Assembly (NCBI GenBank): GCA_964486045.1
Contig: CAZALK010000001.1
Location: 840,242-904,241, forward strand
Length of the DNA stretch: 64,000 bases
Direction of reading: 5' to 3'
From: an uncultured archaeon
GTDB taxonomy: Archaea; Asgardarchaeota; Lokiarchaeia; Sigyniarchaeales; SOKP01
Positions 40,877-51,372 of this stretch are shown piece by piece. Position 1 is the stretch's first letter, and every line of letters starts with the position of its first letter. The translations under genes and the position numbers were made by a program. The notes under the pieces are model-generated. The model worked only from the letters and a program-made list of their open reading frames with translations. It did no database searches and was not told the origin of the DNA.

Positions 40877-42064
40877 TCAATTTGAATATAACTTTATCCA
40901 TTTCTTTCCGATGACATTTATATCAAACTGGGTTTTTATTTTAGTTTTTGCTTTTTCCATCAAGTCTGATCGTTGTATTTTTGATAAATTAAAAAAAATT
41001 CCCAAATATTTTTCAATATTTACAATATCCCCCGGATTAACAACATATCCAGTATTCCCAATAATATTTTTAATTTCACCAACATTTGTACCTAAACAAG
41101 GGACATACGAAGCCATTGCTTCTAATATTACATTAGGGCTTCCCTCTACATAAGATGTAAGAGCAAGTAGATCTGCAATAGCTAATAATTCCTTAATATC
41201 CTCTCTCTTACCTAAAAATATTACATTTTCCTCTAAATTAAATTCTTTAATTTTATTTTTTAAAAGATCAGCATATTTTCCTTCTCCAACGAAAAGCAAT
41301 TTAAAACTCTCCACTTTCTTTTTTTCTTTTAAATTGTTTAAGAAATTATGAAATGCAATTAAAAAATCAATCATTCCTTGTACTTTTTGGAGAAAAATCA
41401 TATATCCAATATAAATAATGATTATATTATCTTTTTTTAAACAAAAATCAAGTTTTAAGTTTTGAATCAAAATATCTTTCTCTTCTTCAGACGATACATG
41501 AAAATAATCTGAATTTTCAATTGCATTTGGTATCCAACAAAGGTTTTTTAAATTAAACTTTTTCTTTAAGAAATTAACTATTTTTCTACTCATTAAAATA
41601 GTTTTTTTTGAGTTTGATGCAATAATTTTAAGATCTAAATTAAGCAAGAAGGGATATGGGTAATCTAAACCATGGATAGAATAAAAATATGGTATTTTAA
41701 ATATTTTTGAAAAAATGTAAGCAATTAATCCTGAAGGAGGTGGTGAATGAGCATGGATTATGTCGATTTGAAATCTCTTTTTAATTTTTATAACTTTTAA
41801 ATAACTATAAATAATAAATTTAAAAAAAAAAATCATACGCTTAATTAGTCCTGAACTAATTCTGGGAGCTTGAAAAGGTAAATAATGAATTTCAAAATTC
41901 TCATTGATTATCTTTTTTTTAATAGAAGAACTATTATTTGATTTACAAACAATATTAATAGTTTTAACCTTATTGTTAGAACAATATTTTGATAAAAGAT
42001 ATGACTGTTTAGCTGGTCCTCCGATATCTGGAAAAATTCTAGTGCTAATTCTTAAAATCTGCAT
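40877..42064 (-). CDS. GT4 glycosyltransferase
   Basis: PDIGGP, HAHS, EGSPNVILEAMAS. Confidence 0.92.
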   Translation of the reverse strand: MQILRISTRIFPDIGGPAKQSYLLSKYCSNNKVKTINIVCKSNNSSSIKKKIINENFEIHYLPFQAPRISSGLIKRMIFFFKFIIYSYLKVIKIKKRFQIDIIHAHSPPPSGLIAYIFSKIFKIPYFYSIHGLDYPYPFLLNLDLKIIASNSKKTILMSRKIVNFLKKKFNLKNLCWIPNAIENSDYFHVSSEEEKDILIQNLKLDFCLKKDNIIIIYIGYMIFLQKVQGMIDFLIAFHNFLNNLKEKKKVESFKLLFVGEGKYADLLKNKIKEFNLEENVIFLGKREDIKELLAIADLLALTSYVEGSPNVILEAMASYVPCLGTNVGEIKNIIGNTGYVVNPGDIVNIEKYLGIFFNLSKIQRSDLMEKAKTKIKTQFDINVIGKKWIKLYSN

Positions 42065-42156
42065 TATTTTAATTCAGAAAATTGTATTTCTTTATAAAAA
42101 AATTTTTTACTTAATTTTAATATAAATATTAACAATGTTAATTTATATTCTCACAT

Positions 42157-44463
42157 GTGGATGATATATTCAGAAATATGAAGAATTTTCATGAATCCTT
42201 TTGGAAAATAATGATTCTATTGAAATACAGAATTCATTTTTTTCTTTTTTTAATTTCAATATTTTGCATTTTATTCATCAACTTAAACTACACTATAATT
42301 GAAAGTATTGAAGGGATTTCGACAAATTTATTTTTATCATTAGTTTTTAAGTTCTTAACAGCATTTAGCTCGATTTTTACAATATTATTTTTACCCACAT
42401 TTCCTATTTTTTTCATAAAGTTTAAGCATAAAAATATTAAATTCCGTGAAAAGATAAGTTTTACTATCGTCTCTAATCTCTCGTTCTATATACTATTAGG
42501 ATTTTTAGGTATTGGTCTTAGACTATATATAACGTTTTTTTACTTCTCTTTCATGGTAACGGTAAGCTATTTCTTGATAGTACTTATCATATTTATTCAA
42601 GAGTACCTTAAAGGCATCAACATTTTTTTGATAAAACTGAAGAGGAATAATAATAATCGGGAGACTCTTGAAAAACATACAATCTTAAGTTATGTTAGGG
42701 ATTTCTTCTCTTTAAATGGGATTCTATTATATGTTTTCATCTTTTTAGTCTGTTGGTTCTTTATTGTAATAACTAGATTTTTTATATCAACTGATCCCTG
42801 GCTCCACATATCAATTATTAAATACATAACAGAGGTTAACTATATTCCGCTAAATGAATATTTTGGCTCATTAGGATTTCATATATTTGGGGCAGTTATT
42901 CATTTCTTTTCTGGATTAGATATAATATTAATTCCAAAATATTTTGTATTATATACTATTCCTCTAGGTTCACTAATAGTATATAATCTATTGATGAGAA
43001 TATTTAGGAATAAAAATTTAGCGATTTTTGGAGTCTTCCTGCTACTTATATCTTCATTAGGATTTATTCATTTACTAACACAATTTTGGCCCTCAAGTTT
43101 AGTATTTATTCAATGTTTAATTATTTTTTTCCTCCTTTATGTGAGATTACAAACCTTTACTAGGGAATCAATTCCAAAAAAAGAAGTTATTCGTACGAAT
43201 ATGTTATTCTCGTACATATTTTCAATTATTATTTTTATTTCATCTTTTTTTACCCATTCATTACTTACAATGATTTTAGTTTTCTCATATCTATGGGTAT
43301 ATTTAATATATTTTGCGAGAAACCATAGAAGAGGGTTTGATATTGTCTTATTAATTATATTTTTTGGTATATTTCTTATTTTTTATTTATTTAATATTAG
43401 TATAGGGCATATTTCAGCTTTTAATCCATTTTCTCTTTTATCATGGTACCAAATTCTTTTGGGTGTTTTAGCTTTCACCTTCTTCGAGACATTATTTCTA
43501 ATGCATTATCGAAAGTCATTGGACTTTACTAAAGGGAGATTTAAGTTAATAATATTTGGGAAAAAAAATAAGAAATATAAAAAAATTGAAGATAAATATT
43601 TATTTCCATTCATCTTTGGACTGATATTAATCTTAATTTGTTTCTATGTGATCTTCAATCAATTAGTTTTCAATTTTGATGCTATAAGTATTTTTAATGC
43701 TATTGAAATATTACTTTTAAGTTTATTTGCTATTTGGGGATTAGCACTATTTCAATATAAACCTAGAGGAAAACCTTTATTTTTATGGTTAATATCGCTT
43801 GCTTTTATTTTTTTAATTGTGTTTTTATTTGATGCAACAGTAGGAGTTACCTCTTTCTTTTCAAGAGTTTTTTATCTGTCTTCAATAATAATTTCAATTG
43901 GGTTCACATCTTATATGTATAAATTAATAAAGACTAACTCAATTCAACATAGAAAATTCAAATTATTCTTTTTTTTCATTATGATCTTTTCTTTTTTTGT
44001 CTCATTTTTACAAAACTCAGTTTCCGTTGAAATGTTTAGTTTGAAAGAACGTGAAGTAAATTCTGTACAATGGTATATCAATTATGCTTCAAGTGAACAT
44101 GTTATCATTTCTGAATTTGGATGGGGTCCAATTTTTATATACTATGGTTATCCTTATGAAGATAAAAATTTAACACTCGTATTAGGATCAGTTTATCTCT
44201 TACTGACAATAAACGAGTCATTACTTCACCCATCATTGCATAACTTAAATGGAGCTAATGTGTTAAAAAATGTGAGTGAAACTTATGTTACCGAAGTCAT
44301 CTTGATTTTACCCAAAGAGTTCTATTTACCTTCTAGTTGGCAATTTTTTGATCAACTTAGTGAAGAAGAAATAGAAGCTTATTATGATTTACAGTATTTA
44401 AATAGAATTTTTTCAGCAAAAGGAGAAGATGGTGAAGAAACACCGTATTACTGGGTTATTTAA
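42157..44463 (+). CDS. Polytopic membrane protein, putative GT-C-fold glycosyltransferase
   Basis: STDPWLH..YFGSLGFH loop, many TM helices, soluble C-terminal domain. Start uncertain. Confidence 0.6.
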   Translation: MDDIFRNMKNFHESFWKIMILLKYRIHFFLFLISIFCILFINLNYTIIESIEGISTNLFLSLVFKFLTAFSSIFTILFLPTFPIFFIKFKHKNIKFREKISFTIVSNLSFYILLGFLGIGLRLYITFFYFSFMVTVSYFLIVLIIFIQEYLKGINIFLIKLKRNNNNRETLEKHTILSYVRDFFSLNGILLYVFIFLVCWFFIVITRFFISTDPWLHISIIKYITEVNYIPLNEYFGSLGFHIFGAVIHFFSGLDIILIPKYFVLYTIPLGSLIVYNLLMRIFRNKNLAIFGVFLLLISSLGFIHLLTQFWPSSLVFIQCLIIFFLLYVRLQTFTRESIPKKEVIRTNMLFSYIFSIIIFISSFFTHSLLTMILVFSYLWVYLIYFARNHRRGFDIVLLIIFFGIFLIFYLFNISIGHISAFNPFSLLSWYQILLGVLAFTFFETLFLMHYRKSLDFTKGRFKLIIFGKKNKKYKKIEDKYLFPFIFGLILILICFYVIFNQLVFNFDAISIFNAIEILLLSLFAIWGLALFQYKPRGKPLFLWLISLAFIFLIVFLFDATVGVTSFFSRVFYLSSIIISIGFTSYMYKLIKTNSIQHRKFKLFFFFIMIFSFFVSFLQNSVSVEMFSLKEREVNSVQWYINYASSEHVIISEFGWGPIFIYYGYPYEDKNLTLVLGSVYLLLTINESLLHPSLHNLNGANVLKNVSETYVTEVILILPKEFYLPSSWQFFDQLSEEEIEAYYDLQYLNRIFSAKGEDGEETPYYWVI

Positions 44464-44568
44464 TTCTATTTTACCCGACGTTAATAGAAGCCTAAAAAAA
44501 ATTATATTTTAATTTATTTTTAAAAAGTTTTGTAAATATTTTAAAAAAGAAGACCTTTCGTTAGTTTG

Positions 44569-45612
44569 CTATATTCCGTATTTTTTATAATAATCTAACC
44601 AAAAGTCATACATATCTTTTAGAGTTTCTTCAATAGGAATCGAAGCATCCCATCCTAATTCATTTTTTATTTTTGAATTATCTCCAAGAATAATATCTTC
44701 ATCTGTTTTTCTTAATTTATGTGGGATATTTTCTTTCACTTCTATTTTTTTTGTTGAAAAGGTTAGAACAATATTTAAAATTTGTCGAATCTGAATCTTT
44801 CTACCAGAACAAACATTATATGTTTCTCCTGGTGTTCCCCTTGTTGCCGCTAGCCAAATTGTTTTAAGGGAATCTTTTATTCCAGTAAAATCACGAAAAG
44901 TATCTAGGTTTCCTACTTCGATTACTGGTTCTGACAATCCTAATTCGATTTTAGCTATTTTACTAATGAAATCTGCGCAAGCATCACCTCTCTTTCGAGG
45001 ACCTGTTTGATTAAAAAACCTTAGGTTGACAGCTTCAATTCCAAAATTAATAAAATATTGACGGGCAAGTAATTCAGTTGCTATTTTGCTTATTCCATAA
45101 GGATGAATTGCTAGCAATGTATCGGATTCTTTCAAAGGTCTATTCAGTGATGTAGTTGTTCCATATTCAGCGCTTGAACAAGCAACTACAACTCGAGTTT
45201 TAATTTTATGTTTTTTTATTGCTTCAAAAATATTTATCGTTCCTATAACGTTTGTTCTGATTGTACCTACAGGATCTTCCCATGAAGGTATAACCATTGG
45301 TTGGGCTCCAAAGTGGAATATATAATTAGGTTTAATTTCTTGGATTATTTCCTCTATTAAATCCGCGTTATTTAAATCGCATTCTAAAAATATAAAATGT
45401 TCATTTGAAGTAGGGATTTGGATTGACTTATTAAATGCTTTTAATTTATCTCCTGAAGAAAATAGAAATTGCCCTTTAGTATAATGAGCTAAATTTCGTA
45501 TGGGTTGATCAGGAAGGTCAATACCATAAACTTTTTTACCTTGATTTACACAATAATCCGTTAAATGCGAACCTAAAAAACCTCTCGCTCCAGAAATAAG
45601 TACAGTTACCAT
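44569..45612 (-). CDS. GDP-sugar 4,6-dehydratase/reductase-like SDR (Gmd/Rmd family)
   Basis: GARGFLG, SSAEYG, PYGISK, RFFNQTGPR, VGNLDTFRDFT. Paralog of 57451-58497. Confidence 0.85.
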   Translation of the reverse strand: MVTVLISGARGFLGSHLTDYCVNQGKKVYGIDLPDQPIRNLAHYTKGQFLFSSGDKLKAFNKSIQIPTSNEHFIFLECDLNNADLIEEIIQEIKPNYIFHFGAQPMVIPSWEDPVGTIRTNVIGTINIFEAIKKHKIKTRVVVACSSAEYGTTTSLNRPLKESDTLLAIHPYGISKIATELLARQYFINFGIEAVNLRFFNQTGPRKRGDACADFISKIAKIELGLSEPVIEVGNLDTFRDFTGIKDSLKTIWLAATRGTPGETYNVCSGRKIQIRQILNIVLTFSTKKIEVKENIPHKLRKTDEDIILGDNSKIKNELGWDASIPIEETLKDMYDFWLDYYKKYGI

Positions 45613-45649
45613 TTTAATCTTCTAATTATTAAAGTTAAACCTAATTTAT

Positions 45650-45837
45650 TTTTTTAATCTTTTTCTTTTAATTCCCGCATAGCTTTTTGCGAAAGCTTTT
45701 GAATTTTATTTTTTTGAGCTTGATCCAATTTATTAAATCTCCGATTCCTTCTTCAAAAGTTAATGTTGGAAAGTATCCTAATTTAAATATGAACCAAGGA
45801 AACCTGCTCCACCAGCAATTAATATTCTTTTTGACAT
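45650..45837 (-). pseudogene. Internally deleted remnant of an SDR paralogous to 58528-59661
   Basis: MSKRILIAGGAGFLGSYL is directly joined to LGYFPTLTFEEGIGDLINWI..NKIQ, both ends of the 377-aa SDR. Confidence 0.85.
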
Positions 45838-45992
45838 AAAATAATCGAATAACTAATTATTGATTTTTTAATAGTTCATTTGTATTTATTTAAATTAAAG
45901 TGTATGATAAGCAATTAAAATAATCAAATTTTTTAATGATTTAACATGAGGAAATTTGATTTTACCATCCTATACTAATTAAAGTTATTAAT

Positions 45993-47003
45993 ATGATGAT
46001 TCGTTCAAAAGCACCATTTAGAGTAAGTTTTGGCGGAGGAGGAACAGATATGGCACCATATTGCATTGAACATGGAGGTTGTGTAATAAACACAACGATT
46101 GATCGTCATGTTTATACAACTTTAATCCCAAGGCATGATAAAAAAATTCACGTTCATTCAATTAATCTCAATAAAGAAATTACTTTTGACATTGGAGATA
46201 CAGATTATTCTACTGAATTTGAATTGTTTAAAGGAATTATTAATGTTTTAGAAGTAAAAGATGGATTTGATATTATTACTTATTCAGAACTTCCAGCTGG
46301 TTCTGGAATGGGGGGTTCATCTTCCTTATCTGTAGCTTTAATAGGAGCTTTGAATAGATATTATAAATCAGGACTTTCTAAACAAGACATTGCACAAAAA
46401 GCTTATTATGTTGAACGTGTTGAATTAAAACAGAAAGGGGGATATCAAGATCAATTTGCTGCGGCATATGGAGGGTTAAATTTCATAGAATTTTCAGATG
46501 TTGTAAAAGTAATTCCAATAAATGCTACTGAAGAAATGATAAATGAGTTCCAATATCGTTTAATCTTGTGTTATGTAGGAGGATCTCATTTTTCTTCGGA
46601 AATACAAGATGAGGTTTTAAAGAGTTATAAAATTGAGAAGAAATCCTATATGGAAGTCATGCAAGATCTAAAAGATGTCGCCCATTCTATGAGAAATATT
46701 GTGGAGTCTAAAAATACAAATAGATTAAATGAATTTGGAGAACTCTTACATAAAGGGTGGTTAGCAAAAAAGAGTTTGAGTACAAAAATCTCTAACAAAA
46801 AAATAGAAAACTTTTATTTAACTTCAAGGAACTTTGGAATCCTTGGCGGAAAATTACTTGGTGCTGGAGGTGGAGGTCATCTTCTGCTATTTTCAGATTT
46901 TAATAAGAAATATGTAGTAATTCAAGAATTGGAAAAAATTGGCGGAAAAATTATAAATTTTCATTTTAATCCAAAGGGTCTTGAAGTGTGGGAAATAAGG
47001 TAG
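45993..47003 (+). CDS. hddA: D-glycero-alpha-D-manno-heptose 7-phosphate kinase (GHMP)
   Basis: RSKAPFRVSFGGGGTD, PAGSGMGGSS, GYQDQFAAAYGG, KLLGAGGGG. Confidence 0.85.
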   Translation: MMIRSKAPFRVSFGGGGTDMAPYCIEHGGCVINTTIDRHVYTTLIPRHDKKIHVHSINLNKEITFDIGDTDYSTEFELFKGIINVLEVKDGFDIITYSELPAGSGMGGSSSLSVALIGALNRYYKSGLSKQDIAQKAYYVERVELKQKGGYQDQFAAAYGGLNFIEFSDVVKVIPINATEEMINEFQYRLILCYVGGSHFSSEIQDEVLKSYKIEKKSYMEVMQDLKDVAHSMRNIVESKNTNRLNEFGELLHKGWLAKKSLSTKISNKKIENFYLTSRNFGILGGKLLGAGGGGHLLLFSDFNKKYVVIQELEKIGGKIINFHFNPKGLEVWEIR

Positions 47004-47035
47004 AATTAATATAATTCAAAGAAAGTGATGATGAT

Positions 47036-47602
47036 ATGGAAAATGAAATAATTTCGATATTAGATGAAAGTATTAGAGTTAAAGAAGGGATAAAAAGTCA
47101 AACATCAATAATAGCAAAAATTTCTAGAGAGATAGTAAATGCTTATAAAAGTAAGAAAAAAGTTGTTCTCTTTGGTAATGGAGGAAGTGCTGCAGATGCA
47201 CAGCATATAGCTGCTGAATTTGTAGGAAAGTTCTATAAGGATCGCGAGTCACTTCCTTCTCTTGCTTTTCACACTAATACTTCTATTCTTACAGCCATAG
47301 CTAATGATTATGGTTTTGATTCTGTATTTGAAAGACAAGTGTCGTCATTTGTAGAAAAAGGGGATGTTGCTATTGGAATTAGCACCTCTGGAAATTCCTC
47401 AAATGTTATAAAAGGTTTGACAAAAGCTAAAGAGAAAGGAGCAATAACAGTGGGTTTTACTGGTCAAAATCAAAGTAAAGTTGAGGAAATTACGGATATA
47501 TGTTTAAAAATACCCTCATCGGATACACCAAGAATTCAAGAAGGTCACATAACCGTAGGACATATTATATGTTATTTAGTTGAAAAAGAACTATTTGAGT
47601 AG
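47036..47602 (+). CDS. gmhA: Phosphoheptose (sedoheptulose-7-P) isomerase
   Basis: GNGGSAADAQH, ANDYG, STSGNS, TPRIQEGH. Confidence 0.95.
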   Translation: MENEIISILDESIRVKEGIKSQTSIIAKISREIVNAYKSKKKVVLFGNGGSAADAQHIAAEFVGKFYKDRESLPSLAFHTNTSILTAIANDYGFDSVFERQVSSFVEKGDVAIGISTSGNSSNVIKGLTKAKEKGAITVGFTGQNQSKVEEITDICLKIPSSDTPRIQEGHITVGHIICYLVEKELFE

Positions 47603-47612
47603 TTAAGAGCAT

Positions 47613-48248
47613 ATGAAACAAGTAGCAGTTTCTATTCATGCAATAGAAGATTTTAAACCCGGGATAATAAAGGATTTAGAAGGATTTGATTATATTCACA
47701 TAGATATCATGGATGGTAAATTTGTAAGTAATAAAAAAAATAATCTAAATGTAATACGTATCTTAAAAGAAACTTATACTACTCCTATAATCGCCCATTT
47801 AATGGTAATAAATCCCGTTGATTATATTAAGCAGATCATTAATGATGTTAACTTCTTTTTATTTCATTTTGAAATAAATACCAAAAGATGCGATATAATA
47901 AAAGAAATTAGAAAATATGATAAAAAGGTCGGTCTTGCTATAAATCCTGAAACAGACATATCTGAAATTGTACCATATTTAAAAAAAATTGATCTTATCT
48001 TAGTGATGAGTGTAAATCCTGGTTGGTCAGGTCAGAAATTCATACCAAACACAATAAAAAAAATAGATGAATTGGTTGAACTCAAGAAGAAATATGAGTT
48101 TATTATTGATGTTGATGGTGGGATTAATTTAACAAATGCAAAACTATTAAAAAATACAGATATATTAACAAGCTCTAGCACTATATTAAAAGCTAAAGAT
48201 CCCAACAGGATGATTAAATTATTAAAAGAATCTGATGAAAGCAACTAA
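47613..48248 (+). CDS. rpe: Ribulose-phosphate 3-epimerase
   Basis: HIDIMDG, HLMV, MSVNPGWSGQKF, VDGGI. Confidence 0.92.
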   Translation: MKQVAVSIHAIEDFKPGIIKDLEGFDYIHIDIMDGKFVSNKKNNLNVIRILKETYTTPIIAHLMVINPVDYIKQIINDVNFFLFHFEINTKRCDIIKEIRKYDKKVGLAINPETDISEIVPYLKKIDLILVMSVNPGWSGQKFIPNTIKKIDELVELKKKYEFIIDVDGGINLTNAKLLKNTDILTSSSTILKAKDPNRMIKLLKESDESN

Positions 48249-48783
48249 ACAAAAGAAGGCAATTTTCTTAGATAGAGATGGGGTATTAAACAAAGAAGTT
48301 AATTATCTCTCAAATCCAAAAGATTTTGAATTTATTGAAGGATCAATTGAAGCTTTAAAGATTCTTAAAGAAAAAGATTTCTTGCTTGTTGTTATTACTA
48401 ATCAAGCAGGCATAGCTAAGGGTTTTTTTACAGAAGAGATTCTTAAGAGAATTCATGATAAAATGATCAGAATATTAAAGCAAAATGAGATTGAATTAAG
48501 TGGTGTTTATTATTGTCCTCATCATCCTAAGTTTACTGGTCAGTGTGAATGTAGGAAACCAAACCCAGGAATGATTTTAAAAGCTAAATTAAAACATAAT
48601 ATTGATTTAAATAATTCATATATGGTTGGAGATACATTAAATGATGTTCAAACAGGTAAGGCAGCAAGATGTAAAACGATTTTAGTTTTAACTGGTTATG
48701 GAAAGGAAGAACAAAAAAGCATTGGCTCAATAATACCAGACATGATATTTAAAAACTTAAAAGAATTTGCTATAAGTATATAA
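48235..48783 (+). CDS. gmhB: Heptose 1,7-bisphosphate phosphatase (HAD)
   Basis: FLDRDGVLN, TNQAGI, CPHHP...CECRKPNPGM, VGD. Confidence 0.92.
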   Translation: MKATKQKKAIFLDRDGVLNKEVNYLSNPKDFEFIEGSIEALKILKEKDFLLVVITNQAGIAKGFFTEEILKRIHDKMIRILKQNEIELSGVYYCPHHPKFTGQCECRKPNPGMILKAKLKHNIDLNNSYMVGDTLNDVQTGKAARCKTILVLTGYGKEEQKSIGSIIPDMIFKNLKEFAISI

Positions 48784-48827
48784 AACAGATAATTATTATA
48801 TTCACTAAAATATCATCGTGAAACATC

Positions 48828-49484
48828 ATGAAATTTTTTATAGATACAGCTAATTTAGAACAGATAAAGGAAATGCAGGAACTAGGAATTATAGATGGAG
48901 TGACTACCAATCCTACGCTATTAGCAAAAGAAGGGGTAGAACCTATAGAACAATTAAGAAATATTTGTAAAATAGTCAATGGACCAGTTAGTGGAGAAGT
49001 TATTGGATTAACTACTGAAGAAATGGTTAAAGAAGCTCGTGAGTTAGCTAAAATCGCCCCTAATATAGTAGTTAAGATTCCTTTTATGAAGGATGGGATA
49101 AAAGCAGTTAAAAAACTTGAATCTGAAGGGATTAAAACAAATGTAACACTTGTTTTTTCACAAAACCAGATTTTAATTGCTGCGAAGGCTGGAGCTTCAT
49201 ATATTAGCCCCTTTATTGGAAGGTTAATGGATAATGGGCAGAATGAAGTTGAAATGCTTAGGGAATCAATGGAAATTATTCGTGCATATGATTTTAAATC
49301 TGAAATTATTGTTGCTTCTGTGAGAAATACTAGACATGTAATTGAAGCTGCGAAAATGGGAGCACATATCGCAACAATTCCTTTTGCTGTTCTTGAAAAA
49401 ATGTTTAAACATCCCAACACAGATGCTGGATTAAAAGCTTTTCTAATTGACTGGGAAAAATTACAAACTGAATTAAAAAAATAA
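48828..49484 (+). CDS. tal: Transaldolase (short FSA/TalC-type)
   Basis: [37 protein letters not shown]. Confidence 0.92.
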   Translation: MKFFIDTANLEQIKEMQELGIIDGVTTNPTLLAKEGVEPIEQLRNICKIVNGPVSGEVIGLTTEEMVKEARELAKIAPNIVVKIPFMKDGIKAVKKLESEGIKTNVTLVFSQNQILIAAKAGASYISPFIGRLMDNGQNEVEMLRESMEIIRAYDFKSEIIVASVRNTRHVIEAAKMGAHIATIPFAVLEKMFKHPNTDAGLKAFLIDWEKLQTELKK

Positions 49485-49493
49485 TCTAATAAA

Positions 49494-50492
49494 ATGGCTC
49501 TTATTGATGAGATTTCCAAATGGAATAATAAGAAAGTATTAATCATAGGAGATGCATTAATAGATAAGTATATTTTCGGGTATACAGATCGAATTTCTCC
49601 AGATGCTCCAGTTCCAAATGTAAAAATAGAGGATAATATTGCGTATATAGGAGCAATAGGGTTAGTACTACAATTTATACGATCATTGGGAGGAATTCCT
49701 GAAGTTTGCACCATTATTGGAAATGATTTTGAGGGGGACTTTTTTTTAAAAAAGATTAAAGAGCTAAAAGTAGATTCATCAGGCATTCTTGTAGATGAAA
49801 ACGTAAAAACTCCTCAAATTACTCGGATTAAAGCAATGAATCAACAACTTTTACGATTAGAAACTGATTACAATAGTGATATTTCTCAACTTACAATAGA
49901 AAAATTTAAAGATCTCATAGTTAATAGATCTCGAGATATTGGGGCGATATTAATTTTAGATTATGGTTTAAAAGGAATTTTTAAGGATTTATTTATTCAA
50001 AAATTATTACGCATTTTAAAAGAAAACTATAAAAATATCCCGATAGTTGTTCGGCCTACAAAATCCAATTATTACCTCTATGAAAATGTGGAATTAATAA
50101 AGATGAATCTTCAAAAAGCATTAGATACATTTTCTATTGATTGCTGCAATGAAACCAGCATCACAATTGCTGGAAAACGGATTTTAAGCTCTTCTAAATG
50201 TAAAAATGTTTTATTAAATTATTTAGAATTGGAATCTTTTCTTTTTTCAAGAGAACATGAAAAAGTCGAAAAATTAAGTCCAATTTTAAGACAACCAGTA
50301 ACAAGTTTCGTAGCTGTTGGTAGTGTTATTATGGCATCCTTAGGGTTATCGTTCGCTTCAGGGATTTCAGTTCAAGAAGGAGTACAAATATCATTAATTA
50401 CTGCGGCTCTCACAGCGATCCTCCCTCCTGTTGAATTTTATAATATAGAGAACCTCTGTAATTATATATTAACTACAATGAAAAATACATAA
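49494..50492 (+). CDS. HldE/RfaE domain I-like (PfkB/ribokinase fold) protein with degenerate active site
   Basis: VLIIGDALIDKYIFG..DRISPDAPVP and QQLLRLE match the RfaE kinase N-terminus. The DxxGAGD motif is replaced by SFVAVGS. Confidence 0.75.
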   Translation: MALIDEISKWNNKKVLIIGDALIDKYIFGYTDRISPDAPVPNVKIEDNIAYIGAIGLVLQFIRSLGGIPEVCTIIGNDFEGDFFLKKIKELKVDSSGILVDENVKTPQITRIKAMNQQLLRLETDYNSDISQLTIEKFKDLIVNRSRDIGAILILDYGLKGIFKDLFIQKLLRILKENYKNIPIVVRPTKSNYYLYENVELIKMNLQKALDTFSIDCCNETSITIAGKRILSSSKCKNVLLNYLELESFLFSREHEKVEKLSPILRQPVTSFVAVGSVIMASLGLSFASGISVQEGVQISLITAALTAILPPVEFYNIENLCNYILTTMKNT

Positions 50493-50513
50493 TTTCCTCA
50501 AAAAACTAATAGA

Positions 50514-51368
50514 ATGGAACTATCTGAAGCTGATGAACAGAAAATATTAATTGATATTCTAGATATCAAAAAAGATATTTTACTGATGATATATAAAGCC
50601 CAATCGGGTCATCCGGGTGGTTCATTATCATGCACTAACATAATATATCTTCTATACAATTATATTATGAAAATAAATCCAAAAAATCCTACATGGGAAG
50701 AAAGGGATATATTTATATTAAGTAAAGGTCATGCAGCACCGGCGTTGTATGCTGTTTTATCAAAATTTAGCCTTATAAAAAGAGAAGAGTTATTTACTTT
50801 AAGACAATTTGGTTCGAAATTACAAGGGCATCCGTTTAAAAATCCAGAACTTGGAATTGAAATATCTACTGGATCTTTAGGAATGGGTTTATCAATTGGT
50901 GTAGGTTGTGCTTTAGCTGCCAAAATGGATAATACTGAAAAAAATATTTATGTTTTATTAGGAGATGGAGAATTAAATGAGGGTGCTATTTGGGAAGCAG
51001 CTATGTCTGCCAGTCATTATAAATTAGATAATTTAATAGCAATTGTGGACCGTAATGGACTACAGAGTGATGGGTCAACAGAAGAAATAATGGCTTTAGA
51101 ACCCCTAGCAAAAAAATGGGAAGCATTTGGTTGGAATGTTATTGAAGTTGATGGTTCAAATTTATTCGAGGTGTTGCAAGGATTTGAAAAATCCAAAACA
51201 ATAATTGGTAAACCTAAAGTAATTATATCATATCTTATTAAAGGTTCTGACGTATCATTTATGCAACATACTAAAAAATATCATGGGCGAGTACCAAATA
51301 AAGATGAATATGAAATCGCTCTTAAAGAACTTGAAGAAATAAAGGCTAGATTAAAAAGAGGTACTTAA
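50514..51368 (+). CDS. Transketolase, N-terminal subunit
   Basis: SGHPGGSLS, LSKGHAAPALY, STGSLGMG, GDGELNEG..WEA. Confidence 0.95.
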   Translation: MELSEADEQKILIDILDIKKDILLMIYKAQSGHPGGSLSCTNIIYLLYNYIMKINPKNPTWEERDIFILSKGHAAPALYAVLSKFSLIKREELFTLRQFGSKLQGHPFKNPELGIEISTGSLGMGLSIGVGCALAAKMDNTEKNIYVLLGDGELNEGAIWEAAMSASHYKLDNLIAIVDRNGLQSDGSTEEIMALEPLAKKWEAFGWNVIEVDGSNLFEVLQGFEKSKTIIGKPKVIISYLIKGSDVSFMQHTKKYHGRVPNKDEYEIALKELEEIKARLKRGT

Positions 51369-51372
51369 TTAA

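Noticed and set aside
48770-49786. 338-aa minus-strand ORF
   Set aside because: Antisense shadow of the transaldolase and hldE-like genes, with no recognisable motifs.
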